A DNA stretch of 64,000 bases, taken from IMG/VR virus record IMGVR_UViG_2671180984_000014; one strand, given 5' to 3'. This DNA comes from a virus. Lineage: Duplodnaviria > Heunggongvirae > Uroviricota > Caudoviricetes. Each line of letters begins with the position of its first letter. Position 1 is the stretch's first letter. Below, one piece after another: positions 23,051 through 33,417 of the stretch. Under the pieces are notes generated by a model. The model had not been told where the DNA came from. It ran no database searches and saw only the letters and a list, made by a program, of their open reading frames with translations. Both the position numbers and the translations under genes were made by a program.

Positions 23051-23640
23051 CAATTGACTATCAGGCACTGCGAGATGCGGCAGTTGCAGTAGAAACAGAA
23101 CCTATGCATCAAAATTTTGTGGCGTTTCGTATGGCGTTCACGCCATCGGTGGCACTGGCACTACTGGATGAAATTAAGCGGCTGGAAGACACAAATATTG
23201 ATGCTATGTGCCGTATTGCAGAGCTTGAGACTAATCTCGCGGCGCTGGTGGCAGAGAACGCCGGACTGAAACACGCAATGGCCGTAACTCTTGAGCATGT
23301 GTCGGTCACGGATGCAGGGCAGGCTGGTGTTGCTGCAATGATTATCAACGATGCCCTACACCACAGCGAAACTCCAGCTACCGATGCTTTTCTGGCTGAA
23401 ATTCGTGCGGAAGCACGCAACGAGGGGATTAACTATACCGCCAGCCGTCTTGCTGCTGCGTTCAATCACGGATTTATCAATAAGTCTTTGCGTGAAGTTT
23501 TCGACGTTACACGCATGATTTTGTCAGCGAAAGAAGAGTTGGCTAATGAAGCGCATCCGATTGATGGCCTGTCTGGTGAATATGCGGAGAAATCCCTTGA
23601 AGAATGGGCGGAACAGATTCGCAAAGGAAGCAGCCAGTGA
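23038..23640 (+). CDS. Ea22-like coiled-coil protein, paralog
   Basis: N-terminal IDYQALRDAA and internal ETPATDAFLAEIRA segments shared with neighbouring genes. Confidence 0.4.
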   Translation: MARMTIDYQALRDAAVAVETEPMHQNFVAFRMAFTPSVALALLDEIKRLEDTNIDAMCRIAELETNLAALVAENAGLKHAMAVTLEHVSVTDAGQAGVAAMIINDALHHSETPATDAFLAEIRAEARNEGINYTASRLAAAFNHGFINKSLREVFDVTRMILSAKEELANEAHPIDGLSGEYAEKSLEEWAEQIRKGSSQ

Positions 23641-23927
23641 ATATCGACACGACAATAACGATCGATACGCTCCTAAATACCGGTCTGGCACTTCTCGGTT
23701 GGCTTTTCATCATGTCCCGTACATGGCGATGGCTGGGTTCCATTTTCCTAAAACAGTGGAAAAAACGGCGCAAACAGGAACTACGCCAGAAGGCATTAGA
23801 AGCGTTCTATGACGCATTTGAGCTTAGCCGCATTGAACCAGGTACAACAGCTAGGATAGCGACAAAAGGCGACCTGATGATAGTGATGTTCCGACAGGAG
23901 AGAGCAGAGAAAGGGGAATCAGCATGA
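23604..23927 (+). CDS. small membrane protein
   Basis: hydrophobic helix LLNTGLALLGWLFIM; start may be GTG 23637 overlapping upstream stop. Confidence 0.3.
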   Translation: MGGTDSQRKQPVNIDTTITIDTLLNTGLALLGWLFIMSRTWRWLGSIFLKQWKKRRKQELRQKALEAFYDAFELSRIEPGTTARIATKGDLMIVMFRQERAEKGESA

Positions 23928-24628
23928 AATTTTCCAAATTTTCTGAGTTGGTGAATCGTATTTTGTTCAACAACCACAGCCATCGTCGCGATATGGATGT
24001 AACAATCGTTGTTCATTCGCCTGGCAGCATTGGTTCAACACCCTCAGTTGAGGTTCAGTCAATTCACGCTGGTTTTGATTGGGATTCCGGGACAGTGCTG
24101 ATTTTCCCAGCACAGCCACTGACCACGCTAACACCAGAACAGATTACTGATATTACTGATAGTGTGCGCAAAGGTCAGTCCTGGCACGCATATCAGGAAT
24201 ACAAGAAGCATAAAGAGCAGTTGGAAAAATTATCGATTGAACTTGATGCCGCAAAACAGCGCATTGCAGAGCTGGAGGGTAATTGCGCGGCGCTGGCGGC
24301 GGAGAATGCGGCAATGCATGAAACTATTGAAGCCGTTCGGGGTGTTGCGGATAACTCCAGTGGAATTGCCGGATGGCATTTGAATGGCGATATCGCTACA
24401 TGGGAAGAGATTCTTCCTGAAATTAACGATATCGAAACCCCAGCCACCGATGCTTTTCTGGCTGAAGTACGTGCGCAGGGCGTGGAGATGCTGGCAAAAA
24501 ATCATCAGAGTATCGTCAATGCACTTAAGGGAGATTCTTTATTTTCTGATGGTGAATACCGACATGCAGCTATTGTTTCCGCAGCTGTATATTTCGCTGC
24601 AGAGCTTCGCAAAGGAGGCAACCAGTGA
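23924..24628 (+). CDS. Ea22-like coiled-coil protein, paralog
   Basis: shares ETPATDAFLAEVRA module and coiled-coil segment with 23038-23640. Confidence 0.4.
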   Translation: MKFSKFSELVNRILFNNHSHRRDMDVTIVVHSPGSIGSTPSVEVQSIHAGFDWDSGTVLIFPAQPLTTLTPEQITDITDSVRKGQSWHAYQEYKKHKEQLEKLSIELDAAKQRIAELEGNCAALAAENAAMHETIEAVRGVADNSSGIAGWHLNGDIATWEEILPEINDIETPATDAFLAEVRAQGVEMLAKNHQSIVNALKGDSLFSDGEYRHAAIVSAAVYFAAELRKGGNQ

Positions 24629-25281
24629 GCGAAATTAATTACCAGGCACTGCGTGAGGCGGCAGAACGTGCAACTCCAGCAATGGAACGCCTGTTAATGT
24701 TGCCAGTTGATGATGATTTGTTAAGTGAACAGGAACTTAAAGATTACGGTGTGGATATTGATGCGCTCAACGCCTTCAAATTTCTGACCGGACCAGAAAC
24801 CGTGCTGGCACTACTGGATGAACGGGAAAGAAACCAGCAATACATCAAATCACGCGACCAGGAGAACGAGGAGATTGCGCTTACGGAAGGGAAGCTGCTA
24901 ATCGAAAACGGCCGGCTTGTTGCCGATACGCTACGCCACTTAGCTGATAACGAAATCGACTCTGATTATTTTGCTATCACCTCAACGAATGAGAACGGTA
25001 CTGAAATTGATCATGAGATGGCTATTACCGATTACGCACTGCAAGCTGCCGGAACTGTAGACGAATTGGTTGCGGCGTTGGAATCCGCAGAGAATCGCAT
25101 TGCAGAACTGGAAGCACGGGAAATATCGCTCCCAGAACGTAGCAGCATGCTTCATCGAACAGATTTTCACGATGATTACCAAACGGTAATGGCATACAAA
25201 GTTTCTGAAGTCATCGCTGCAATCCGCGCCGCTGGCATTCGCATCAAAGGAGAGGAGCATGGAAATAAAACCAGAAGATGA
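24625..25281 (+). CDS. Ea22-like protein, paralog
   Basis: N-terminal INYQALREAA similar to 23038-23640; VLALLDERE repeat. Confidence 0.4.
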   Translation: MSEINYQALREAAERATPAMERLLMLPVDDDLLSEQELKDYGVDIDALNAFKFLTGPETVLALLDERERNQQYIKSRDQENEEIALTEGKLLIENGRLVADTLRHLADNEIDSDYFAITSTNENGTEIDHEMAITDYALQAAGTVDELVAALESAENRIAELEAREISLPERSSMLHRTDFHDDYQTVMAYKVSEVIAAIRAAGIRIKGEEHGNKTRR

Positions 25282-25615
25282 GTTAAGCAATATCGTTTTA
25301 TTTCCGGTAAAAGAGGATGACCCACGTAATCAGGTTAATTTTCTCTATGAGCCATCGGAAAGACCATATTGCCATCACGCCTCTGTCCGGGTTGACGAAA
25401 AAGAGCGTCAGGTCCGCTGTAAAATCTGCGGTGCAGTTGTGGAGCCATTTGACTGGATGCTCTCTGTGGCGAAAAGAGAAACCAGACTGGCAGATGATGT
25501 AAGGATCTTGCGCCAGGAGGAACGGGAAAGGCGGAGAAATATAGAAAAGCTAATTCAGATTGAGCGTAACGTGAAAGCGCGGATACGCAGGGTGACAAAA
25601 TCCAGAACTGAATAA
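25259..25615 (+). CDS. hypothetical zinc-ribbon protein
   Basis: 118 aa; CHH...CKIC Cys/His pattern. Confidence 0.3.
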   Translation: MEIKPEDELSNIVLFPVKEDDPRNQVNFLYEPSERPYCHHASVRVDEKERQVRCKICGAVVEPFDWMLSVAKRETRLADDVRILRQEERERRRNIEKLIQIERNVKARIRRVTKSRTE

Positions 25616-25663
25616 TTAAATTTAGCTCTGTTAAAAATTTAATCCTTAACCGGAGGTATATCA

Positions 25664-25876
25664 ATGTCAAACGCACAGAAAGTTATTAACGCTGAAAAAT
25701 ATAACGAGTGGGTGAAAAAGTTCTCAGAGCAGATTTTTAAAATTACTGGCGACGAGAATGCGGCAAAAAATGAATTAGAGCCGTGGACACCTGAAGGTGT
25801 CGACCCAAATTATTGCTGGTGGGATGTTGATCCAGTTGATGCTGCAAATGAAGCTATGAGTTATCACAACGATTAA
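25664..25876 (+). CDS. hypothetical protein
   Basis: 70-aa ORF with GGAG RBS. Confidence 0.3.
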   Translation: MSNAQKVINAEKYNEWVKKFSEQIFKITGDENAAKNELEPWTPEGVDPNYCWWDVDPVDAANEAMSYHND

Positions 25877-26076
25877 TGTCAGGAGGCCGCCCGAAAGGGC
25901 GGTAATGAAAAGTGACTGAATTAACCAAAGAGAAATTAATCGAAGAAGCCAAATTAAAAATAGCGATTGCGAAATGCTACCCCAATTCAGGGATGGCACG
26001 GGTATAGGGCGAGTTATTCAAAATTGCACTGGCATAGCTGGAAGCAGATCCAGTTAAACGAGTTAACTCAGATCAG

Positions 26077-26775
26077 ATGCACCGAGTCTGCTTAGAAGCT
26101 AATCGCTATTTAGATAAATATGACGCGATGGCGAAAGAGGTAAATAAGTTGCTTGGACGCATCGCCCCGCCAGCGCCAGTATTTAACGGCGAATACGGTG
26201 ACGCATATCAGGGCGCTCGTGAAGACCTGTCCATCTGGAAACGGCGAGCGCTTGAAGCTGATGAGCACGTTCGGCGACTGGAGCAAATCAATGACCACAT
26301 GGTGAAAGAGGCGCAGGGAGAATCACGCATGGGCGAGCCTGTAATACGTGAGCCAGCACCGGTAGTGCCTGAAGAAGCAACTCCGGAAAACGTAGAAATG
26401 CTCTCTGGCTATGTTTCAACGTACAAATTAACCGATAGCGAGCGCGATATTGCTGCCGAAATATGGAACGCCTGCCGCGCCGCCATGCTTCAGGCTGGAA
26501 ACTTTCGGGAAAATAAGGGTTCGTCAACCAATAATTTTCGGGAAATCTCGGAAACGTCAACCAACTATCCGGTAACTCCGGATGGTTGGATAAGCTGTAG
26601 TGAGCGAATGCCCGCTCAAGATGATTGGATTTTAATTTATTCAAAGCACGGTGAGTATATGGCAGGACAGGTGCAAGGGGAATACGTGGAGTTGAGCGAC
26701 GGCACTTTATCGTGGTTAGGGAACGCCTTGTTCTGGATGCTGCTACCAGAACCTCCCCAGGAGGCAGGTCAATGA
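26077..26775 (+). CDS. hypothetical protein
   Basis: 232-aa ORF. Confidence 0.35.
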   Translation: MHRVCLEANRYLDKYDAMAKEVNKLLGRIAPPAPVFNGEYGDAYQGAREDLSIWKRRALEADEHVRRLEQINDHMVKEAQGESRMGEPVIREPAPVVPEEATPENVEMLSGYVSTYKLTDSERDIAAEIWNACRAAMLQAGNFRENKGSSTNNFREISETSTNYPVTPDGWISCSERMPAQDDWILIYSKHGEYMAGQVQGEYVELSDGTLSWLGNALFWMLLPEPPQEAGQ

Positions 26776-26839
26776 GCTGGCCTGAAGCATTCGCAACGGT
26801 AGGAATTGTGATGGCGGCAGCACTGGGTTTGTATTCAAT

Positions 26840-27091
26840 TTGTCGCTGGTGGTAACGATGGGGAAATTAACTTTTGTAGTCGAATTTGAGGATGGTAAAG
26901 AGCCACCTGTTAGCGCCAATCTTGATGTTGCTGGTGGCAGGCTTGTTTCGGTTCTATTTGGTGACTACCGAGATGATTTCTTCCAACCAGAAGAAGTTGA
27001 TGTGGTGCGAGAGGCATTAAACGAGTTAAGTGTTGATAACGATGATGCTCATGCGGAAATCATCCAAAAAATGGAACTGCTAACTCACTAA
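26840..27091 (+). CDS. hypothetical protein
   Basis: 83-aa acidic ORF. Confidence 0.3.
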   Translation: MSLVVTMGKLTFVVEFEDGKEPPVSANLDVAGGRLVSVLFGDYRDDFFQPEEVDVVREALNELSVDNDDAHAEIIQKMELLTH

Positions 27092-27139
27092 ATTATCAAT
27101 TATGGTGCTATCACCTACGACACCGAGAGAAAATTTATA

Positions 27140-27262
27140 ATGTCAAAAGTAAATGTTTTGATTTTTTCAGCAATTGTTGGCTTTGGTTTTACTGCCGGAG
27201 TGCAGATTTATATTGCGTGGGAAAAAATCATCAACTACGCATGGAGTTGTTTTATTAAGTGA
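27140..27262 (+). CDS. 40-aa hydrophobic micro-protein
   Basis: MSKVNVLIFSAIVGFGFTAGVQIYIAWEKIINYAWSCFIK; AT-rich context; not in ORF track (below size cutoff). Confidence 0.3.
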   Translation: MSKVNVLIFSAIVGFGFTAGVQIYIAWEKIINYAWSCFIK

Positions 27263-27269
27263 GGTAAGT

Positions 27270-27563
27270 ATGTGGAGAGGTAATAGTCATGGCAAAAGCC
27301 AGATGATACTTACCGAATATAAGCTAGACCACAAAACCAATAAATCACGTTCAGTATATTTGCTTCGCCACAATAGCCGCGTAAGGAATACCGTACTGGA
27401 GCAAAATCTGACCGTTGAAATGGATAATTACGGGGGCTTCAAGCCAACAATATCGCTTGATGATTTTCCTCGTGGTTTAAGCGAAAGAGAAGCAATGCTG
27501 AAATTAGCAGAATGGCTACAAAGATTAAGCATTGCTATTGAAGATAACTGGTCTGAACCTTAA
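27270..27563 (+). CDS. hypothetical protein
   Basis: ATG 27270 with GAGG RBS; AT-rich islet. Confidence 0.35.
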   Translation: MWRGNSHGKSQMILTEYKLDHKTNKSRSVYLLRHNSRVRNTVLEQNLTVEMDNYGGFKPTISLDDFPRGLSEREAMLKLAEWLQRLSIAIEDNWSEP

Positions 27564-27569
27564 ATTTAT

Positions 27570-27944
27570 ATGATGACACTAAAACATTTTCTTGACCGCC
27601 CATTATGGGCGGCAGCCGCAGGCTATGACTTTAATTATATGGATTGCATGTCTTATACTGCCAATGCATACGACCATTCGTTCAGCCTGCTGTTTAATTC
27701 TTTAAGAATATTGCCGCAAACAGAAGTTGGAGAGCTTCATTTATGGCTATTGGGCTTTATCGCGGCTGGAGTTGGTATTGCTGTATGGCCTTTTATTTTC
27801 TGGCTGGTGGCTGTTGTAGTGTGGTTTAAGTGCAAGACGTACCGGAAAAAGTATTTCTTAGGTGATGGAATGACTGATATTGCCAAAATGAACATTGAAA
27901 AATGGACTAAGGAATGTGAAAAGAAATGGCGCAAAAAGAAATGA
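27570..27944 (+). CDS. membrane protein
   Basis: 124 aa; two hydrophobic helices (LWLLGFIAAGVGIAVWPFIFWLVAVVVWF) and Lys-rich tail. Confidence 0.4.
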   Translation: MMTLKHFLDRPLWAAAAGYDFNYMDCMSYTANAYDHSFSLLFNSLRILPQTEVGELHLWLLGFIAAGVGIAVWPFIFWLVAVVVWFKCKTYRKKYFLGDGMTDIAKMNIEKWTKECEKKWRKKK

Positions 27945-28606
27945 CTACTCTAACGACAGCATACTTACAGCAATTGGTATTTTTTGCAGGCGAGGCTACT
28001 TGTCATCCTGACGCAAACTATTTATTGGAATTTGAGAGGTTAGCGTCACCCGGTATCGTTCTGGAACTGGCCCAACAGGTGCTGGCCTTAAGACAAAAAG
28101 AGCAACATGAAAGTAATACGTGTAGATTGAATTTTGAGCAGTGGCTGGAACAGCAACGCGGAAAAATCGATGTGGACTGTGGTTGTGTGTCTACTGAAAC
28201 ATTCATGCACTGGCTGCGGGTAGCTTACGAGGCTGGCAACTATCCGGATATTCCGGATAGTTCGGTGCCAGCGCCAGGAAAGGGCGTCACCGGTGAACGT
28301 ATCCGCATTAAGCCGCATGTTTATCGCGAACTGGTTAACCGTCTCCACGATACAGCGATCAAGTGTGCAGGCACCCGGCAATTACGAGAAAAAATTAGCC
28401 GTGTTTTGGGCGACGTTATTACGCCAGATCATCATAAACAAGCCGAGAAAAGTGGCCTGGAAAGGTGTCACCTTGAGGCGGCATTAAACATTAAGCCGGG
28501 GCATACGCTTGGCATTATTGATGCACTATTGGTTCATAAGATGGCCAGGGCTTTATTGCCGCTGGTGGCTGATAAGCATGAGGCGGGCCATGCCAACGAA
28601 AGCTGA
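27926..28606 (+). CDS. Ea22-like hypothetical protein
   Basis: 226-aa ORF. Confidence 0.35.
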   Translation: MAQKEMTTLTTAYLQQLVFFAGEATCHPDANYLLEFERLASPGIVLELAQQVLALRQKEQHESNTCRLNFEQWLEQQRGKIDVDCGCVSTETFMHWLRVAYEAGNYPDIPDSSVPAPGKGVTGERIRIKPHVYRELVNRLHDTAIKCAGTRQLREKISRVLGDVITPDHHKQAEKSGLERCHLEAALNIKPGHTLGIIDALLVHKMARALLPLVADKHEAGHANES

Positions 28607-28874
28607 GTTACAGGCGCGCATAGAGATTCTTGAAAAAGAGAATGCGAGTCTAAAAGGAATGCTGGCGCGGGCGGAAAGGGAATTATCAGGCAAATTATTG
28701 CCAGAAGAACTGCCACCAGCAGATATACCAGATCGAGTGTCCCGGTGGATGAAGTCTTTTGGTTTACCGTGGGAGGCTTTTTGGTGCTACGAGCATCGCA
28801 GATGGTGTGATGAACTTGATAGCAGTTTCCCCTACTTTGCGGAAGGGAACACCTGCCCTGAGTGTAGGAGGTAG
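28590..28874 (+). CDS. hypothetical protein with coiled-coil and Cys-rich tail
   Basis: ATG 28590 with GAGG RBS; C-terminal CYEHRRWC...CPEC. Confidence 0.3.
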   Translation: MPTKAELQARIEILEKENASLKGMLARAERELSGKLLPEELPPADIPDRVSRWMKSFGLPWEAFWCYEHRRWCDELDSSFPYFAEGNTCPECRR

Positions 28875-28878
28875 CGCG

Positions 28879-29157
28879 ATGTTTCGTCCTCGTCCAATAC
28901 CGCCGAAAATAACTAATGGCTATCAGCCGAATACTCCAGAAATACAAGGGAGCGAGGGGCTTAAACCACCACCAGCACCACGTATTCCGCCTGTAGCAAG
29001 GAACGTATCATTACGACGAGAGTTAATATTAGCCTTGTCGCCCGTTCTGGCTGCCCGCCAGGATTGGGTAAGTAATGATGACCTGGCAGAAAAAATCACA
29101 TCGCTGGTGGATAAAATTCTGCAGATTGGCAATGAGATTACGCTGATCCATTGGTGA
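28879..29157 (+). CDS. Pro-rich hypothetical protein
   Basis: ATG 28879 with AGGAGG RBS. Confidence 0.3.
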   Translation: MFRPRPIPPKITNGYQPNTPEIQGSEGLKPPPAPRIPPVARNVSLRRELILALSPVLAARQDWVSNDDLAEKITSLVDKILQIGNEITLIHW

Positions 29158-29278
29158 TGAATAGTAGCAAAGCGCACAAAATCATCTGCGGTGGTTGGTG
29201 TACATAACGAGTTTGCACCAAAGGTGTCTCTTTAATGTATACTGTATAAATGAACAGTATTATTGAGGTGAAAACGCT

Positions 29279-29668
29279 ATGGGCTTCCCTTCTCCTGCGG
29301 CGGATTATGTTGAAAGCAGAATTTCTCTTGATCAGCAACTAATCAGGCATCCATCAGCGACCTACTTCATGCGGGCGGCAGACAGCCATCACCGTGAGGG
29401 AATATTGCAGGGTGCTTTGCTGGTGGTTGATTCCTCGCTTACTCCGGTTGATGGTTCGCTGCTTGTCTGCGCTATGGAGGGTGAATATCGCATAAAGAGA
29501 TACCGAAAGTATCCGCGCCAGCACCTGGAGGATTTAAGCACCGGGAAGAAAGAGGCGTTACCAGTAGATGACGATGGATACACGGGCAGTAATGCTGTTT
29601 TTGGTGTGATCACTCATGTCATCAATGATGCCCGAAGTGGGGAGTTTGATGATTGTCCGGTTATTTAA
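29279..29668 (+). CDS. humD: UmuD-like S24 peptidase (HumD)
   Basis: 129 aa; LexA/UmuD-type C-terminal domain, matches P1 humD position upstream of phd-doc. Confidence 0.75.
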   Translation: MGFPSPAADYVESRISLDQQLIRHPSATYFMRAADSHHREGILQGALLVVDSSLTPVDGSLLVCAMEGEYRIKRYRKYPRQHLEDLSTGKKEALPVDDDGYTGSNAVFGVITHVINDARSGEFDDCPVI

Positions 29669-29740
29669 GCTGCAAAGGGCTGGTGCTTTATGCCTGTTAG
29701 GTTTATAATTGTGTACACATAACGAGTACACGAGGTGTTT

Positions 29741-29962
29741 ATGCAATCCATTAACTTCCGTACCGCGCGCGGCAACCTTTCTGAAGTGCTCAACAATGTT
29801 GAAGCCGGGGAAGAGGTTGAAATCACCCGCAGAGGCCGTGAGCCAGCAGTAATTGTCAGCAAGGCTACTTTCGAAGCCTACAAAAAAGCGGCGCTGGATG
29901 CTGAATTTGCATCCCTGTTTGACACCCTGGACTCCACCAACAAGGAACTGGTTAACCGATAA
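29741..29962 (+). CDS. phd: Phd antitoxin
   Basis: 73 aa [39 protein letters not shown]... recognised as P1 Phd; stop overlaps doc start. Confidence 0.9.
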
Positions 29963-30342
29963 TGAGGCATATATCACCGGAAGAACTTATTGCGCTTCAT
30001 GATGCGAATATAAGCCGCTACGGCGGCCTGCCTGGCATGTCAGATCCGGGCAGGGCAGAGGCCATTATCGGGAGAGTTCAGGCCAGAGTTGCCTACGAAG
30101 AGATCACCGACCTTTTCGAAGTCTCCGCCACCTACCTGGTGGCTACAGCGAGAGGGCATATATTCAATGATGCCAATAAGCGTACCGCGCTAAACAGCGC
30201 GCTGCTATTTCTACGCCGTAACGGGGTGCAGGTATTTGATTCACCTGAACTGGCAGACCTTACTGTAGGCGCTGCGACTGGCGAGATATCTGTATCTTCT
30301 GTCGCCGACACGTTACGTAGATTGTATGGTTCCGCGGAGTAG
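29962..30342 (+). CDS. doc: Doc toxin (Fic-fold kinase)
   Basis: 126 aa [39 protein letters not shown]... with [11 protein letters not shown] Fic-type motif. Confidence 0.9.
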
Positions 30343-30346
30343 ATTA

Positions 30347-30526
30347 ATGGCACGTAAATACAACAAATTGTCCCGTGAAGCGTTAAAGATGCTTCTTGAT
30401 GGCGTGAGTCGCCGCGAGGTAAAGCAATACCTGGTTGGTAAGCAAATTGGTGCCAGGACCGCTATTGCTGTGTTATGCCGTCAGGAAATGGTTGTGCTTA
30501 AACAGAGAATGCCGGGCAGCAGATAA
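30347..30526 (+). CDS. hypothetical small protein (pdcA position)
   Basis: 59-aa ORF from ATG 30347 with GGAG RBS. Confidence 0.35.
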   Translation: MARKYNKLSREALKMLLDGVSRREVKQYLVGKQIGARTAIAVLCRQEMVVLKQRMPGSR

Positions 30527-30553
30527 AGCCCAATCAGTGATGAAAGGTGTGAT

Positions 30554-31597
30554 GTGAAAGCCGTAATTACTCCCTTTGTACAAAAAGAGCTTGGCGTCGC
30601 CACATTCAAAGTGGATCAGGAAGTCAGAAAGCTGGTGGAGGCTGGCCGTAAATTTATTATGGAGCCGGTGCCGCGTGAGTTAATCGAGCACATGGACGAC
30701 GGCCTCGTTGTTTCCGAGCAAACTATGGCAACAAATGAGGCGTTGCAGCCGTTTTTTAACAGCGATGAACTGTTTCGCCGTATTGGTGGAATTGACGCGC
30801 TGGTGGCGTGGTTGCGCAGGAAAGAGGGGCAATGCCAGGCCGCAGATCGTAGCTGGTGTGACAACCATATTGTCCACGCAGAACGAGACAATAGCGCGGT
30901 GTTGTTGTGCTGGCATCACGATAACCATTACCGGATGCGTGGTTTTAATGAGCTGAAAGAAACGCTGCATAATAATCGCGTTAACTGGATACTGGATGTC
31001 GCCCGTCAGGAAATGGGGCTTTCAGATGGCCATGATTTAAGTATTCAGGAACTGTGCTGGTGGGCTTTCATGCGCAACATGATGCACCTGATGCCGGAAG
31101 AAGTTTGCCGTATATCAATAAATAAGATGAAAGCCGCAACGCAGGATAGCGGACCTCTGAAAGAGGCGGATATTCGCCCGTATGACGATCGCGCTACAGC
31201 ATATGTTCAGATGATGGAAGAACGCGCCGCGCCGATGCGTGCAAAAGTATGCCCTGTGGATGTTGACTCCGACCCTGGCATGGCGCATTTCAAAATACCA
31301 AAACTGCAATCGCTAAAATTACCTGAGTACATGGACTTTGTTGCTTCCCGTCCATGCTGTGGGTGTGGAGCGGCGGGAGCTGGCGCTCACATTACGCCTT
31401 ATATCGTTCGTCATAGTCGATTATGCGCGCATGACATTTACGCAATTCCTCTGTGCCAGTCATGCCAGCGTGATATTGAGCGTGACCGCGATAATTGGGA
31501 GAAGACGCACGGTAGGCTGGCGATGCATCAACGATTGTTCTTTGATTACGCGCTTGGAGTCGGCGCTATCACAAGTCACTCGTCGAGCGTTAGATAA
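30554..31597 (+). CDS. hypothetical Cys-rich protein (pdcB position)
   Basis: 347-aa ORF, GTG start; C-terminal CCGCG...C...C cluster. Confidence 0.4.
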   Translation: MKAVITPFVQKELGVATFKVDQEVRKLVEAGRKFIMEPVPRELIEHMDDGLVVSEQTMATNEALQPFFNSDELFRRIGGIDALVAWLRRKEGQCQAADRSWCDNHIVHAERDNSAVLLCWHHDNHYRMRGFNELKETLHNNRVNWILDVARQEMGLSDGHDLSIQELCWWAFMRNMMHLMPEEVCRISINKMKAATQDSGPLKEADIRPYDDRATAYVQMMEERAAPMRAKVCPVDVDSDPGMAHFKIPKLQSLKLPEYMDFVASRPCCGCGAAGAGAHITPYIVRHSRLCAHDIYAIPLCQSCQRDIERDRDNWEKTHGRLAMHQRLFFDYALGVGAITSHSSSVR

Positions 31598-31614
31598 AAT
31601 TGCTCTAATGTATT
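31598..31614 (+). promoter_or_regulatory. C1 operator-like site upstream of lpa
   Basis: ATTGCTCTAATGTATTG, 3 mismatches; P1 lpa is C1-controlled. Confidence 0.45.
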
Positions 31615-31685
31615 GCGATTTCTTTAATCGAGGGTATTATATTCCACGTTGATTAGTTGACATGGGCTAATCAGTAGGTGACAGG

Positions 31686-32138
31686 ATGTTACTTAACTGG
31701 CAGGGACGCCACTTCATGGAAATAAATCACTCACGAATAACATCGTACGAGATTGCGGATTACATGATCCGCACTAAATCTCTTCTATCAGCGAAAGAAC
31801 TCGCAGCAATTCTTGAAAAGGAATACCCGCATCTGGATGTCGATAAGCGCGATGTTTATCTGCGCTTAAAGGCTATCGCTGTGTCTAAGTATTCGTCTGT
31901 TTTGATTGATGACAGTACACGCCCACGTAGATTTCAGATCCACTCTCTGAATCCTGAATTCTTTCGCCGTAGCCGCGCTCCGCGCCGGTTTGATGAAAAA
32001 CTCCAGAACGAACTCTATATGACGCAGGACGAAAAGGAACGCCGGGAGCACCAGCCTTGGGTAATGGCGCGTCAACTTTTCAATAAGGTGGCCCGTCAGC
32101 ACCGTCATTACGGTAATGCCACATCCGCACGTATCTGA
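31686..32138 (+). CDS. lpa: late promoter activator
   Basis: 150-aa ORF at conserved position between doc cluster and pacA. Confidence 0.55.
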   Translation: MLLNWQGRHFMEINHSRITSYEIADYMIRTKSLLSAKELAAILEKEYPHLDVDKRDVYLRLKAIAVSKYSSVLIDDSTRPRRFQIHSLNPEFFRRSRAPRRFDEKLQNELYMTQDEKERREHQPWVMARQLFNKVARQHRHYGNATSARI

Positions 32139-32223
32139 TTGATTGCTTGCCCGTTCCGGGCCTTTTGACATGTGACTTTCGTTACCCTCGCGTCAAAAAG
32201 AGTTTTTACGAAAGGAAGCATAA

Positions 32224-33417
32224 GTGACCTGGGACGATCACAAGAAGAATTTTGCTCGCCTGGCGCGAGATGGTGGTTACACCATCGCACAGTATGCCGC
32301 CGAGTTTAATCTTAACCCTAATACTGCACGTCGTTATCTCCGTGCCTTCAAAGAAGACACCAGGACAGCGGACAGCCGCAAGCCAAATAAGCCAGTCAGG
32401 AAGCCACTAAAAAGCATGATCATTGATCACTCTAATGATCAACATGCAGGTAATCACATTGCGGCTGAAATAGCGGAAAAACAAAGGGTTAATGCCGTTG
32501 TCAGTGCCGCAGTCGAGAATGCGAAGCGCCAAAATAAGCGCATAAATGATCGTTCTGATGATCATGACGTGATCACCCGCGCCCACCGGACCTTACGTGA
32601 TCGCCTGGAACGCGACACCCTGGATGATGATGGTGAACGCTTTGAATTCGAAGCTGGCGATTACCTGATAGATAACGTTGAAGCGCGGAAGGCCGCGCGC
32701 GCTATGTTGCGTCGGTCCGGGGCCGATGTTCTGGAAACCACTCTTCTGGAAAAGTCTCTTTCTCATCTCCTTATGCTGGAGAACGCCAGGGATACGTGTA
32801 TTCGTCTGGTGCAGGAAATGCGCGATCAGCAAAAAGACGATGATGAAGGGACTCCGCCTGAATATCGTATCGCGAGCATGCTAAACAGCTGTTCCGCGCA
32901 GATAAGCAGCCTGATCAACACCATTTACAGCATCCGGAATAACTATCGAAAAGAAAGCCGGGAGGCGGAAAAGCACGCTTTATCTATGGGGCAAGCTGGC
33001 ATTGTTAAGCTGGCATACGAACGAAAGCGTGAAAATAACTGGTCAGTGCTGGAAGCAGCTGAATTCATCGAGGCGCATGGCGGGAAAGTGCCGCCCCTGA
33101 TGCTGGAGCAAATCAAAGCCGATCTGCGTGCTCCTAAGACCAATACCGATGATGAGGAAAGGCAAACAGCCGTCGGTGGCCCTTCTCTTGAAGATCTGGA
33201 CAAAGTTGCGCGAGAACGGGCCGCCAACCGCCGCGCGGATGCCGCATTGTGGATTGAGCAGCGTAGGGAAGAAATCGCCGATATCGTTGATACAGGCGGT
33301 TATGGAGATGTTGATACTGAAGGTGCATCAAACGACCCATGGCTGGAACAAGACCTGGACGAAGACGAGGAGGAAGACGAAGAAGTTACCCGCAAGCTAT
33401 ACGGGGATGATGATTAA
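32224..33417 (+). CDS. pacA: terminase small subunit PacA
   Basis: 397 aa, GTG start with AGGAAG RBS; contains the pac hexamer cluster; acidic C-terminus; stop overlaps pacB ATG. Confidence 0.85.
   Translation: MTWDDHKKNFARLARDGGYTIAQYAAEFNLNPNTARRYLRAFKEDTRTADSRKPNKPVRKPLKSMIIDHSNDQHAGNHIAAEIAEKQRVNAVVSAAVENAKRQNKRINDRSDDHDVITRAHRTLRDRLERDTLDDDGERFEFEAGDYLIDNVEARKAARAMLRRSGADVLETTLLEKSLSHLLMLENARDTCIRLVQEMRDQQKDDDEGTPPEYRIASMLNSCSAQISSLINTIYSIRNNYRKESREAEKHALSMGQAGIVKLAYERKRENNWSVLEAAEFIEAHGGKVPPLMLEQIKADLRAPKTNTDDEERQTAVGGPSLEDLDKVARERAANRRADAALWIEQRREEIADIVDTGGYGDVDTEGASNDPWLEQDLDEDEEEDEEVTRKLYGDDD
32415..32580 (+). other. pac packaging site (clustered TGATCA/G hexamers)
   Basis: three TGATCA at 32417-32442 and TGATCG/TGATCA/TGATCA at 32547-32575 flanking a ~100-bp core, the arrangement described for P1 pac. 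Confidence 0.7.
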
